Positions 1-9,308 are shown, numbered from the stretch's first letter. The stretch: 20,000 bases of DNA from Candidatus Sysuiplasma jiujiangense (GCA_019721075.1 JAHEAD010000013.1:50552-70551); one strand, 5' to 3'. The notes: a model not told the origin generated them from the letters alone. Numbers and translations: made by a program.

Positions 1-1902
1 CCATGGCAGCTCATAGACACATCTGGTATTTACCAAGGTCAGGATATGTATAACAGGACCATAGCTGTCATCAACGGGACATCCCCCACATCTGCCAATC
101 CGGTTGCACTGCTTGCCTCCAGCTCGTTCCCGCTCGGTGGCCTGTTCATCCCCTCCCAGCCATCCTCTGAGGGAGGTTCCCTGTGGTTCCCCTCTATCGG
201 TTTGATCAGCAGTGGCATTATGGTTGGAAATTACACTGTTGCGGGAATTCCACCAGTGATCAATTCATTCAGCCTTTCAAAGAGTACAATCGATGAGGGC
301 TCCAGCGTTTCCGCTTCATCCTCCGTCACATTTGGCGTAGGGTCCATAACCTACTCGTATTCAGGTCTTCCTGCAGGCATGGTTTCGCAGAATTCCAGCA
401 CCATAAGCGGTACCCCCACGGAAAGCGGCACATTCACCATTACACTCACCGTCAGCGACGCCGCGGGTGAGACAACAGATGCATCTGTCAAGCTGACAGT
501 CAGTCCGCCGCTCAGCGCCTCGATAGCAGCTTCTTCCACAACACCAGACGCCGGTCAGGTTGTCCAGTTCTCCGCGAGCATAGCAGGCGGAACATCCCCA
601 TACTCAGTCCAGTGGTCATTCGGAGACGGAACAGGTGCTAATGGAAATCCGGTAAGCCATGTCTTCAGTGCTTCCGGCAATTACACGGTGAGCGCTACCG
701 TCACCGACTCGCTTGGAACTGTGACCAGAGCATCGATTACGGAGATAGTTTCCCTCCCTCCTGAGAACCTTACAATATCGGCAAGCAGCAACCTGACAGA
801 TGCAGGCATTCCGGTTCTTTTCTCGGCCGAGTTCCAGCATGGCAGCACGCCGATCACCTACAAGTGGTCTCTGGGAGACGGCAGTACCTCTTCATCGCCC
901 ACTGTCACACATGCCTACTCATCCAGTGGAAACTACACTGTTAGCGTAACCGTCATGGACTCCGCAGGTGAAAGCTCCACAGCTTCATATCTGATCGTGG
1001 TTATGCCTGACCCGCAGGTCAGCATATTCGTCTCACCGTCGGCTGTCGCGGCCGGAGGCAATGTTACCCTCAGTGCCAGTGTTACAGGCGGTCTGAGTCC
1101 CTACATCTACCAGTGGAATCTGGGCGACGGGAATCAGTCCACGCAGCGTTCCCTTGGCCATACGTACATCAAGGCAGGCAATTACAACGTGAGTCTGAAG
1201 GTGATCGATGCGGCAGGATACACGGCAACGAATCAGACGGAGGTGACAGTTGCAAGCGGGACACTTTCCATAATTGCAAGCAGCAATGTGACAGATGCAA
1301 GCCTACCTATCACTTTCTCCGCCAGAACAGAGTATGGCAGTACAGCCCTGACATATGCATGGAGCCTGGGTAACGGCAATACGTCTTCATCTGCCGTTGT
1401 TACACAGGCCTATGGTTCCCCCGGTTATTATAAGGTCACCCTCGTTGTTTCCAACTCGTCCACACAGCTTGCGTCAGCAGCATATTTGGTCCTTGTATTG
1501 CCGGATCCGCAGATTTCAATAAACAGCGCTTCAACAGTCAGGGCAGGCAACACTGTAAACTTCACAGTTGCAGTCACCGGTGGGGAATCGCCGTATTCCT
1601 ACGCCTGGAATCTTGGCGACGGCAATACATCGACGCAGCAGTCCCCTCAACAGTCATACAGCAGGCCGGGCAATTACACGGTTACTGTCAGCGTGACGGA
1701 TGCTGCCGGCAAGACAGTCACGAAATCGGTGAACATCAAGGTCACCTCTTCCTCGACTCAGGCGGCAAAGAGCAACAACCAGGGCAGCACTGCAAGCCTG
1801 CTTACAGCGGCTGCAGGCGGGGTTGCGGCTGGCATCGTGGTCGGAGCTGTCGTGATTGCTGCTGTAATGAGGCGCAGGAAGAGCCCTCCGGGCAGCGGAT
1901 GA
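1..1902 (+). CDS. Membrane-anchored cell-surface protein with an Ig-like (He_PIG-like) domain and five PKD domains; 5'-truncated by the window edge
   Basis: Frame 1 is open from base 1 (PWQLIDTSGIYQGQD-M...), so the ATG at 46 is probably internal. Contains a GLPAG...ISGTPTESGTFTITLTVSD Ig-like motif and five W-x-(F/L)-G-(D/N)-G...G-(N/Y)-Y-x-V PKD motifs. Ser/Thr rich, ending in a hydrophobic helix plus MRRRK. Confidence 0.92.
   Translation, partial: PWQLIDTSGIYQGQDMYNRTIAVINGTSPTSANPVALLASSSFPLGGLFIPSQPSSEGGSLWFPSIGLISSGIMVGNYTVAGIPPVINSFSLSKSTIDEGSSVSASSSVTFGVGSITYSYSGLPAGMVSQNSSTISGTPTESGTFTITLTVSDAAGETTDASVKLTVSPPLSASIAASSTTPDAGQVVQFSASIAGGTSPYSVQWSFGDGTGANGNPVSHVFSASGNYTVSATVTDSLGTVTRASITEIVSLPPENLTISASSNLTDAGIPVLFSAEFQHGSTPITYKWSLGDGSTSSSPTVTHAYSSSGNYTVSVTVMDSAGESSTASYLIVVMPDPQVSIFVSPSAVAAGGNVTLSASVTGGLSPYIYQWNLGDGNQSTQRSLGHTYIKAGNYNVSLKVIDAAGYTATNQTEVTVASGTLSIIASSNVTDASLPITFSARTEYGSTALTYAWSLGNGNTSSSAVVTQAYGSPGYYKVTLVVSNSSTQLASAAYLVLVLPDPQISINSASTVRAGNTVNFTVAVTGGESPYSYAWNLGDGNTSTQQSPQQSYSRPGNYTVTVSVTDAAGKTVTKSVNIKVTSSSTQAAKSNNQGSTASLLTAAAGGVAAGIVVGAVVIAAVMRRRKSPPGSG
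775..1745 (+). repeat. Diverged intragenic tandem duplication of a two-PKD-domain unit (period 495 nt / 165 aa)
   Basis: ISASSNLTDA at 775 matches IIASSNVTDA at 1270. Both units carry WSLG, PDPQ(V/I)SI, VTGG(L/E)SPY and WNLGDGN at matching offsets. Confidence 0.85.
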
Positions 1903-3116
1903 GTCACTCTGGCGGAAACGCTCATCGCCCTCTCACAGTGCTTCAGTGAGTCCATTGGGAAAGGAGGGCGTCATCGCCAATCGAAAGGAGGGCTCCTTCA
2001 ACAGCGGAGTGATTACCTGCAGCTCCGGAACTGTTGCTGCATTCATACTGCAAAGGCAAACGCCTGTCGATCCAGAGAATCCTCAGTCACAGCTGATGCT
2101 GAATTACACATCCAGGCATATTGTATGCCGCAGAGCAGGCAATCTTTCAGCAGAAGTGGAGCAGATCAAAAGTGACAGGAGCAGCTGCCTGCGATAATGG
2201 CGGGAAAACAGCTGCCGCCGTGCAGCCGATGGATAAGCAGACACTGTCTCATAATAAGGGGTCAGACCATGCAAAGCAATCATTGAAGTTTGTACCTGGA
2301 ACGCGGAATTGTCCTTATGTCAACAACGAGTGAGATGGAGTGGGATTTCAATATCAGAATGAATTTTTCCACAGCCATAGTGGAATGGCCGGAAGCACAT
2401 ATCATGGGCCGCTTCTCCGTTGACTACCACCTATTCGTTTGTGTTCTCCATCTTTTCCAGCATTTATGAAACGTCTGTTCCCGGATATCCATTTTTCACA
2501 GATTCCGGACCTGAGTAATACACCTCTGCCATTGACTTCACTCTTTTCTGAGCTGCGTGTGAAGATAAATCACTTTTTAACTGCACAGCACTGGTTCCTT
2601 CAGGCATTTATTTTCAAAAGCAGTCACGTGTGTTTCAATTGGACATGCCCAGCAGATTACAGGTCCATAGAAATCAGAATCTTCCTGGGCTTATTCGCCT
2701 CCTTTTTCCTGAACCGCGCGCAGGCCGCCGCCTTTAAATGGCCAATAAGGATGGAGATGTCTTCCCGACCTGACCTGAGATGCTATGTAAAGATTGAAAC
2801 CGAACTCGTTCCCACCGTCTGCCTGCCAGGATGACCGTATCATGCCGGTGACCTTGTGTGACCTTCTCTTTCCTGTGTCCGGACTGCCAGGGAAGCCTGA
2901 CCTGCTCATTGTATTTCAATTCAGGGAAAGGACACTTATTCGACTTTGTCCGCAAGTGTTACAGGTCATGTTCCAGATGACGCCGGCTGTGCTGTCCGCC
3001 ATCTCTCTGCGGTGCATTTCATCTCCGCAAGTCCTGAGATCGTGGGGATCTCCATTCAGTCAGGATTCGCGCGACGGCATGCCGCAATCAGCGCTGCTAT
3101 TCTGCCATCTTCCGGT

Positions 3117-4289
3117 TCAGTCCTCCTCCGGTCTCATGTTCATGAATCTGGGTAAAACAATGTATGACAGACCGGTCAGCGGGAAGAGCAGTATGCCGAC
3201 GTACAGCAGCACTTCACTGACAGGGAAATATATCGCGATAAATGAAAAGAGAGCGGCCATTGCAGGAGTGGAGCCGCCCACAAAGATCCGCAGGAAGGCC
3301 ATGATCTTGCCATATGTCCTTGAGGGTACGATTTTCATCAGTTTAACGTTCAGCGGCAGGTTGATCACGGGCAACAGGAGGCCCAGCAGCAGCGCATCGA
3401 TTACGTCCGCAACAGCATTCCTGCTAATGCCGAGGACAAGAAACATAGGAGCGAATAGGAGGACCAGAGAGGCGACTGTGAATGGTCTCTGAATACTGTT
3501 TTTAAAGAAATTGGCCAGGAATGATCCAAATATTCCGCCGACCGGGATGGACATCACAAACAGGGTGTAGAAGATTGCGTTGGAATGGAGTATGATGTGG
3601 AACAGACCTGAGGAGTAGACATCGAGAGCCATGAAAAGGCCGTTCAGAACAAAGGCTATGACGAGAAACCCGACTATCTTCCGGAAGAAAGCAAGCGATG
3701 ATGCCAGTTCCCCGACAACTCTTGAGTGCCCGCGCCTTGGCATCTCCTCGCTGACCGGCATCGACAGGAGAAGGGAGGCGAGTGCAGTCACAAGAAGCAG
3801 GTAGGGAAAAAGACGCGCAAAGTACAGGATCGCCGCTCCACCGAGAGCTGTTCCTGTCAGTGATGCAGCGTATGTTGCTGCAAGGTTAAAGGAATTTGAT
3901 GCCATGAACTGATCCTCGCTCAGATGCTTCTTGATCGTTGCAGAAAAACTGTCCCCTTTCATTGTCCACCCAACCGTGATTAACACAGTTGAGGAGTACA
4001 CAACCTGAAGCGTGTAGCCTGTTGTCAGCAAGAGGGGACTCAGCAGGACTATCACTGAGCCGATCATGCCGATGACAGTGCTGTTCATCCTGTCTATCAT
4101 GTGTCCTACAGGAACGGATACAAGCATTTGGACGACAAGGTATATGGTAGCAACCAGCCCCGCAAGGAATACGGAATGGTATGTCTCAACTATTTCCCAC
4201 AGGAAGAATACGGTGAAAGCACTGAAGAGGATGCTTACAAGCATCTTGGATACTAGAAACCGAAAGAAGAGGAAGGGTATCTTCGGCAT
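3117..4289 (-). CDS. Major facilitator superfamily transporter (DHA3/MFS_3-like efflux type)
   Basis: 390 aa with about 12 hydrophobic segments. Motif-A-like GHMIDRMN after TM2 and a VPSRTYGKI loop before TM11. Confidence 0.88.
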   Translation of the reverse strand: MPKIPFLFFRFLVSKMLVSILFSAFTVFFLWEIVETYHSVFLAGLVATIYLVVQMLVSVPVGHMIDRMNSTVIGMIGSVIVLLSPLLLTTGYTLQVVYSSTVLITVGWTMKGDSFSATIKKHLSEDQFMASNSFNLAATYAASLTGTALGGAAILYFARLFPYLLLVTALASLLLSMPVSEEMPRRGHSRVVGELASSLAFFRKIVGFLVIAFVLNGLFMALDVYSSGLFHIILHSNAIFYTLFVMSIPVGGIFGSFLANFFKNSIQRPFTVASLVLLFAPMFLVLGISRNAVADVIDALLLGLLLPVINLPLNVKLMKIVPSRTYGKIMAFLRIFVGGSTPAMAALFSFIAIYFPVSEVLLYVGILLFPLTGLSYIVLPRFMNMRPEED

Positions 4290-4314
4290 TCAGGCGTCGC
4301 ATGAAAGCTGCTCC

Positions 4315-4324
4315 ACTTATAAGT
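4315..4324 (-). promoter_or_regulatory. Putative TATA box for the MFS gene
   Basis: TTATAAGT on the minus strand, starting 33 nt upstream of ATG 4289. Confidence 0.55.
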
Positions 4325-4505
4325 ATCCGAGAAACCGGAAGTGATGGATTGCCGATTGTACGGATGTCAGGTCTCGGGAAAGGGAGCCGCGATAATTTGT
4401 TATTTAACCTGACCTCTCTCTTCGTCCTGTTCAGAATCATGTCCGGGTATAGAAACGGATGGCATGTGTTTTGCCAACTGTTCGCATTGTATGCCAGTTA
4501 TTCGC

Positions 4506-6242
4506 CTATCCGGTCTGGATAACCGAGATGACAGTATCATTCAATAACGCGGCCGGCGGAAGCCGTACTGTAACATAGGAATAGGCAGAACTGCAATAGA
4601 TGCTTACTGAAGCATATGCAGATCCATTGCTGTCTGATATTTTCCAATGCGGATGTGGCAGAATTGTTCCGTCCGTCAGAAGTGCCGGATCTGTAAAACT
4701 GCCTCCCGACACCCTCAGCGTATAACTTCCTTCGGCAAGCAGCATCGTGATATTCCTGCCCGTCACGTTTGTGAATAACGGATGAGCGCCGGCCATATCC
4801 GGTAGTTGCAGGATGTACGGCGCAAAATATCTTACAGGACCTCCATACCCTCTTTCAAGTATCAGATCGTTGCTGATTTCGGCATAAATGCCGTACCTGC
4901 CCGAAGCAAGAAAACTGTCGGCCCAGTAGAGCATATTCCCGCTGTAGTTTCCGAACAGATTCAGTGTCAGAAACCTCGACTGTGCATCCGTAACAACGAA
5001 CTGGGGCAGGTATGAACCCGAATAAAGGCCGGGCATCGAAAAATTCATACGCTGAGCAAGCTGCGGCATGTTGTTCTGTATCAGAACGGATGCGTTCGGC
5101 GGTATTGTTGAAAATACTGCTAGCAACTCCTGCTCCGTCCGCGTAACTGTCGTCTGTGTTCTGAAAGAGTAATTCCCGCTGATGAAAGGCATTGCAGTCC
5201 TGCCGTTCAGCGGGGAATAGGGCAGAAACATCGTGCCCGTCACTGATATGGCAATTAGAGATGCTGCTGTCAGTTTGCGCAATGTGCTGCGTGAAATCCT
5301 CCTGCCGGACATCAGTTTCCTGAGTCCGAAGACAGCCGCAAGCAGGAGACCGGGAACATAAAGCGAAGGGTACTGGAAATAGAAAGGGATGAAATACGGC
5401 GCATAGGTTCCGGCAAGCTCCAGCAGGAAGAACGGGAGCGAGAGCAGAAGCCAGAGCGGAGCCCTCCAGGCAAGGAGTATAAACGGCAGCAGCGAGAGAA
5501 ACACAAACAGCAGTTTGAACAGTAGTTCGTAGCCGATATAACTGCCCAGTGAGGTTATTTCGAAATGGGCTGGCAGATACTGCAGGACTGTTTCCGTCCC
5601 GAATATACCGACTGTCGCCAGAAAAAACAACAGTGGCGCGAGAAAAATGCAGGAATCCAGCCTCCTGTGATCCACTGCCGCTTCGGCATCAGATGCAAAC
5701 AAACTGTGATTTCGGGACAGCCTGTAATCAAGCAGCAGGACAAGACCGGTGATGGACACTATCAGAGGCGCCATCAGGTCTGTTATCGAGGCCAGACCAA
5801 AAAACACCGATGAGAGCGCAAGGTGTCCGCTAAGCCTGAAATAAAGTGCAAAAAAGAGGAATGTCGGCAGCAGCGCCATGAAGTGAAAGTCAAACCAGTT
5901 GACTCCGGCCATCGGAAAATAAAGGAGATAGGCCGCCGGCACAATTACCGAGTAGCTTCCGGTTCCCAGTCTTTTTGACAGGTAAAACAGGGGTATTGAA
6001 CCCAGCCCTATCCATGTGCTCTGGAAGACGAGCAGGGCCGGCTGATAGGGGAAGAGGGCATAGAAAGGGGAAATAAAAAGATATATCAGCTTTTCAGGGA
6101 CAAACAGAAATTTGCCCCTGAAAACGGACCAGACAAGCTGCGATGAAACGCCAAGGTCAAGTACGTATGTATGCAGGGAGTAATATTTCGAAAGTGTTAT
6201 CCATGACCATCCGGCCGAATAAGCCAGGAAAAGTCCGATCAT
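4506..6242 (-). CDS. DUF2079-like polytopic membrane protein (predicted GT-C fold glycosyltransferase) with a C-terminal extracellular domain; true start may be further upstream
   Basis: DLG motif after TM1, plus LLVFQS, NWFDFH, YFQYP and IPPNASV segments typical of DUF2079. About 10-11 TM helices followed by a soluble tail. Confidence 0.8.
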   Translation of the reverse strand: MIGLFLAYSAGWSWITLSKYYSLHTYVLDLGVSSQLVWSVFRGKFLFVPEKLIYLFISPFYALFPYQPALLVFQSTWIGLGSIPLFYLSKRLGTGSYSVIVPAAYLLYFPMAGVNWFDFHFMALLPTFLFFALYFRLSGHLALSSVFFGLASITDLMAPLIVSITGLVLLLDYRLSRNHSLFASDAEAAVDHRRLDSCIFLAPLLFFLATVGIFGTETVLQYLPAHFEITSLGSYIGYELLFKLLFVFLSLLPFILLAWRAPLWLLLSLPFFLLELAGTYAPYFIPFYFQYPSLYVPGLLLAAVFGLRKLMSGRRISRSTLRKLTAASLIAISVTGTMFLPYSPLNGRTAMPFISGNYSFRTQTTVTRTEQELLAVFSTIPPNASVLIQNNMPQLAQRMNFSMPGLYSGSYLPQFVVTDAQSRFLTLNLFGNYSGNMLYWADSFLASGRYGIYAEISNDLILERGYGGPVRYFAPYILQLPDMAGAHPLFTNVTGRNITMLLAEGSYTLRVSGGSFTDPALLTDGTILPHPHWKISDSNGSAYASVSIYCSSAYSYVTVRLPPAALLNDTVISVIQTG

Positions 6243-6413
6243 TGCAGTGTCCTGTTTCTTCAGTCTGAGAAACAGATTTGCCTGTTTCCATTTTTCCTTA
6301 AGGTTAGAGGCATGAACGTGTGCAGAGATGTGGGGTCCTGCAGAAAACGCCCGTTCTTTCCCCGTGTATCACACTCCCCTCAGAGAGCCTGCCCACCATA
6401 AACTTCTTCATGT

Positions 6414-6421
6414 CTATATAA
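6414..6421 (-). promoter_or_regulatory. Putative TATA box for the DUF2079-like gene
   Basis: TTATATAG on the minus strand upstream of the ORF. Confidence 0.4.
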
Positions 6422-6883
6422 TGGGTAACACCTGCTGGCATTTGACGGCGGCTCTCCAGCTCATAGATTTACACTTCCGGTTGGCAGTAACGGCTTGCAA
6501 CAATCCGGATAAACCGTATCATAAGTGCACCGGGCATACGCCTGCACACGCTTTTGAAAACAGGAAGCATGGATGGAACCGGATTTTCCCCCCACCCTGT
6601 CATGCAGACCGTTTGCATCCGTGCGCCGCTATTGCCGCGTTGTGCTGAAAATGTTTATGGGAGCAGTTGCGCGACACTGCGCACCTACGATCGGACGGCT
6701 ATTCTGTTGCAGCGCGAAGGTTTTGATCCGCCCTCGATTCTTTCTCTCTTAGCTCTCTTCTGTTGATTGAATTCATTCCCTCTCGGCACAACCGGTACTG
6801 CCGGCATCACCAGTCGGCATGCGTGTGTCATGGTGTTCCCTGCTCTTATGCGCATTTTCCCGCGTAGTGACAGTTGTTCTTCG

Positions 6884-6900
6884 GTAAAAGTATTAAAAAA
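6884..6900 (+). promoter_or_regulatory. BRE + TATA box for the SDR gene (leaderless)
   Basis: Purine-rich GTAAAAG followed by TATTAAAA at 6891, 30 nt before ATG 6921. Confidence 0.65.
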
Positions 6901-6920
6901 CATTTTTCCATGTCGGTCAG

Positions 6921-7658
6921 ATGACGAAAAAATTTGTTCTTGTGACGGGCTCATCCGGCGGACTGGGAAGCGCAATAGCGGTAGAACTTGCAAAAAATGG
7001 ATGGAACGTAGCCCTGCACTACAACCGCAGCAGGGATGGCGCCGAAAGAACAGCAAAGGAATGCATGGAGGCCGGTGCGGATGTCCGTACTTACCAGGCT
7101 GACCTGTCAAAGAGCATCGGACTCGACAGTATTTCGGGCAGAATCAGGGAGGACGGTCTGGAACTTGGCGGCATAGTCAATAATTCAGGAACCGGAAGAC
7201 CGGGGTCGGCGCTTGATATTGCGGACGAAGCATGGGATGAGGTGCAGAGCGTAAATATCCGCGCGCCGGTCCTTCTCACCAGGAGGTTGGTACCTCTTAT
7301 CAGGGGAGAAGGTGCCGTCGTGAACATAAGCTCTGCAGCCGGCATTCGTGCAGGTCTTTCGGCCGTTGCATATGAGGCAGGGAAGGCGGCGCTCATACAC
7401 GCAACAAGGTCGATGGCTGTTTCATTTGCTCCAAGGATAAGAGTGAACAGCGTTGCACCCGGTTACGTCAGAACAAACATTAACAGGAAAAAGCTTGATG
7501 ACCCGCGCATCCTAGAAGTTATACTCAAAAGGACTCCCGCGGGACGACTCGGTCTTCCGGAGGATGTTGCAAAGGCGGTCAGATTCCTGATGTCTGACGA
7601 CGCCTCATTCATAACGGGCGAAACACTCGTGGTCGACGGCGGAATAACACTTTCCTGA
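6921..7658 (+). CDS. Classical short-chain dehydrogenase/reductase (FabG-like, probably NADPH-dependent)
   Basis: TGSSGGLG cofactor motif, NNSG, catalytic Ser (NISS) and YEAGK (YxxxK), RVNSVAPG, ITGETLVVDGG. Confidence 0.95.
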   Translation: MTKKFVLVTGSSGGLGSAIAVELAKNGWNVALHYNRSRDGAERTAKECMEAGADVRTYQADLSKSIGLDSISGRIREDGLELGGIVNNSGTGRPGSALDIADEAWDEVQSVNIRAPVLLTRRLVPLIRGEGAVVNISSAAGIRAGLSAVAYEAGKAALIHATRSMAVSFAPRIRVNSVAPGYVRTNINRKKLDDPRILEVILKRTPAGRLGLPEDVAKAVRFLMSDDASFITGETLVVDGGITLS

Positions 7659-7709
7659 AGCGCTGCTTTCAGCCTTCAGGCGCATCAATCGCCTCCCGTA
7701 CGCCTGAAG
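7654..7709. terminator. Hairpin-forming sequence between the convergent SDR and gpmA genes
   Basis: CCTGAAG-C-GCTG/CAGC-CTTCAGG stem at 7654-7680, and a CTTCAGGCG/CGCCTGAAG inverted repeat at 7674-7709. Confidence 0.35.
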
Positions 7710-7726
7710 AGTGTTGCAGTTATCCG

Positions 7727-8338
7727 TCATTTCAATTCCGTCTTCCCTCTGACAGTGTTTTCTCCGTCCACTTCGTATACGAGCGGTACGCCTGTCTGTA
7801 TCTCAATTCCGGGAATCACCTCGGCCGGTATCTTTTCCAGATACATGACAATCGATCGCAGGCTGTTGCCGTGTGCGACAACAAGCACATTCTTTCCAGA
7901 ATTGATGTCGGTCAGTATGCAGTTCCTGAAGAACGGAATCGTCCTCTTCTGCGTATCTTCGAGGCTTTCGCCGTTCATCGGTCTCACACTGTAGCTCCTC
8001 CTCCAGCGTTTCACCTGTTCATCTCCGTAAACGGCTGCAGCTCCCGCCTTGTTGAGCCCCTGGAGATCGCCGTAATTCCTTTCATTAAGATGTTCATCCC
8101 TGATCACTGGAATGTCAACGTTCATTTCGCGGAGGACTATCTCCAGCGTCCCGACGGCCCGGCTCAGGACACTTGTGTATGCAACATGATAGGCCGTGCC
8201 GCTCTCCCTCAGCTTCGAGCCCGCTGCCTTCGCCTCCTCCATTCCATGTTCCGTGAGCGGCACGTCCACCCAGCCGGTAAATCTGTTCTCCCTGTTCCAG
8301 AGCGACTCGCCGTGCCTTAAAAGGCAGAGATATGCCAT
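7727..8338 (-). CDS. gpmA: 2,3-bisphosphoglycerate-dependent phosphoglycerate mutase
   Basis: LLRHGESLWNRENRFTGWVDVPLT, LNERNYGDLQGLNK, WRRSY and VAHGNSLR dPGM signatures. Confidence 0.96.
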   Translation of the reverse strand: MAYLCLLRHGESLWNRENRFTGWVDVPLTEHGMEEAKAAGSKLRESGTAYHVAYTSVLSRAVGTLEIVLREMNVDIPVIRDEHLNERNYGDLQGLNKAGAAAVYGDEQVKRWRRSYSVRPMNGESLEDTQKRTIPFFRNCILTDINSGKNVLVVAHGNSLRSIVMYLEKIPAEVIPGIEIQTGVPLVYEVDGENTVRGKTELK

Positions 8339-8361
8339 GTGTAAGGCACACGGCAGTCCTG

Positions 8362-8369
8362 CTTATTAA
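8362..8369 (-). promoter_or_regulatory. Putative TATA box for gpmA (leaderless)
   Basis: TTAATAAG starting 31 nt upstream of ATG 8338. Confidence 0.6.
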
Positions 8370-8462
8370 GGAAAACCGTATTGCCGGCTTTCCTGCGACG
8401 CAAGCATCCTGCCTTGCCCGTGATGGGCAAGAGCGCATCAGGGGGCGCTTCAGTGAGCGGCG

Positions 8463-9257
8463 CTACCTTCCCCTGAGTTCGGCAAAAAGGCTGCTTTTCC
8501 TGAGCTGTTCAACGGCTCTCTTCGTGAATTCAACGCCTTCGGAAAAGCCTGTCATTATATGGCTGATGTTTCCGTTCCTGTATTCGAAGAAGACCTGCGG
8601 TATTATGTAGTCCGGGGCCCAGTCCCCGTATCTTCTCACGATGCTGTCAGCCTCATTCTCCTTCACATCGATGTCGAGCAGCGTCAGTTCGGCGTTCAGT
8701 TCCTTTGCCATTTCCGTCATGGGCTCGACTGTCGTGGGAACGCAGTGCGGGCACCAGTTTGCGTAGACCACTATCACCCTCTTCACCCCGTCGGCCGCCC
8801 TTCCCCCGCCTTTGCAGTCTTCGCATCTTGCAGGTTCCCTGCTGTATGCCTGCGTGAAGAGTTTGCCGCATGACACACACCTGTAGAGCGTAATCCTGTC
8901 AGTCTCTCCGGACATTCCACGCCTGTAATTCTGATTCCAGTATGCCTCCCTGAGAACGGTGTTCCCTGAACTTGTCCCCTCAATCCCGAGTTCCCACGGG
9001 TGTCTCGTTGCCACCCTTATGTCCTCGTCCCGGATGTCTGCAGCACCGTTGAAGAGGCCGTCGACGAAGTTTCTCAGCCCTGCGGCATCCGCCTGGCTGC
9101 CGTACATTATGATCTTTGAAACATAACCGCCGCTGCAGGCATAGCATGCCGTGTCGTCCCTGATGAAATGGTGCGTGGCCGGCGATTCGCAGTGATTGTA
9201 GCATTTCGTGTTTTCGGTGAGATGCATCTCCACAGTTTTCCTGATACTGTCGCTCAT
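8463..9257 (-). CDS. Cys-rich domain + C4 zinc ribbon fused to a thioredoxin/glutaredoxin-fold domain
   Basis: N-terminal CYNHC...HH...CYAC and central CVSC-x14-CEDC. C-terminal VVYANWCPHC active site, LLDID strand and IPQV cis-Pro-type loop. Confidence 0.82.
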   Translation of the reverse strand: MSDSIRKTVEMHLTENTKCYNHCESPATHHFIRDDTACYACSGGYVSKIIMYGSQADAAGLRNFVDGLFNGAADIRDEDIRVATRHPWELGIEGTSSGNTVLREAYWNQNYRRGMSGETDRITLYRCVSCGKLFTQAYSREPARCEDCKGGGRAADGVKRVIVVYANWCPHCVPTTVEPMTEMAKELNAELTLLDIDVKENEADSIVRRYGDWAPDYIIPQVFFEYRNGNISHIMTGFSEGVEFTKRAVEQLRKSSLFAELRGR

Positions 9258-9308
9258 GACAGCTTTCTATGTCTTCCGCCGTTATTAGAATTGCTGTTCC
9301 CCGTGCTT

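Noticed and set aside
1905..1985. Minus-strand GGCGATGA...CGCC resembling a fluoride riboswitch
   Set aside because: It lacks the following AAAC linker and downstream GATGA pseudoknot partner in the right order, and sits at a gene's 3' end.
6700..6745. Minus-strand GGATCAAAACCTTCGCGCTGC resembling a tRNA T-arm/3' end
   Set aside because: It does not match the GTTCRAATC T-loop, and no D arm, anticodon arm or acceptor stem can be built.
6422..6880. Short ORFs in the divergent spacer between the DUF2079-like gene and the SDR
   Set aside because: Mutually overlapping, with atypical composition and no motifs; treated as non-coding.
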